A stretch of DNA of 64,000 nt from Macrostomum lignano (taxonomy: Eukaryota), in NCBI GenBank assembly GCA_002269645.1, contig NIVC01001567.1:124001-188000 (forward strand). The letters run 5' to 3'. The notes below the pieces were generated by a model, which saw only the letters and a list, made by a program, of their open reading frames with translations, was not told where the DNA came from and ran no database searches. Shown here one piece after another: positions 63,877 through 64,000 of the stretch. How positions within the stretch are numbered: the first letter of the stretch is position 1; the number at the start of each line of letters is the position of its first letter. The position numbers were made by a program, and so were the translations under genes.

Positions 63877-64000
63877 CAGTGGCGCAACCAGGGGGGGGAT
63901 GCGGGGGGGGGGGGCGGTCGCCCCCCCTTAGGCGGGGGACCGAAAAAAAATAAAAAGGGGGACCAAGCGAATTTTTGCCAAAAACAGAGCCACCCCTCCG
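63877..64000 (+). mobile_element. Probable left end of a hAT-type MITE (CAGTGGCG + G/C-run terminus), cut by the window edge
   Basis: CAGTGGCGCAACCAGGGGGGG...CGCCCCCCC. Similar G/C-run ends occur at about 45955 and 59557. Confidence 0.35.

Overview
Eukaryotic (animal) genomic DNA, with GT-AG introns, AT-rich intergenic DNA and GC-rich coding islands. The style suggests a flatworm such as Macrostomum; this is an unverified inference. Bases 1-37 kb are a nested graveyard of decayed mobile elements: an HKT-type tyrosine recombinase, two protein-primed PolB remnants and an A32/FtsK-like packaging ATPase (Polinton/PLV-type genes), two Crypton/DUF3504 halves, three Ty3/Gypsy pol pieces, a near-intact mariner, an intron-rich hAT-like transposase, LINE fragments and a candidate broken hammerhead ribozyme. 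Bases 37.8-59.4 kb hold a cluster of five intronless paralogs encoding secreted PAN-like + LamG/ConA-like proteins. Their central ~0.5 kb is almost identical between copies, while the signal peptides and the C-terminal ~130 residues are highly divergent. This constant-core/variable-tip array is the most interesting signal in the window. A 3-exon PAN-TSP1 gene, two TA-flanked CCCAG-ended DNA transposon derivatives and several mini/microsatellites are interspersed. No rRNA, tRNA or CRISPR array was found. All domain calls come from motif recognition by eye and all identities are eyeballed; no database search was run.
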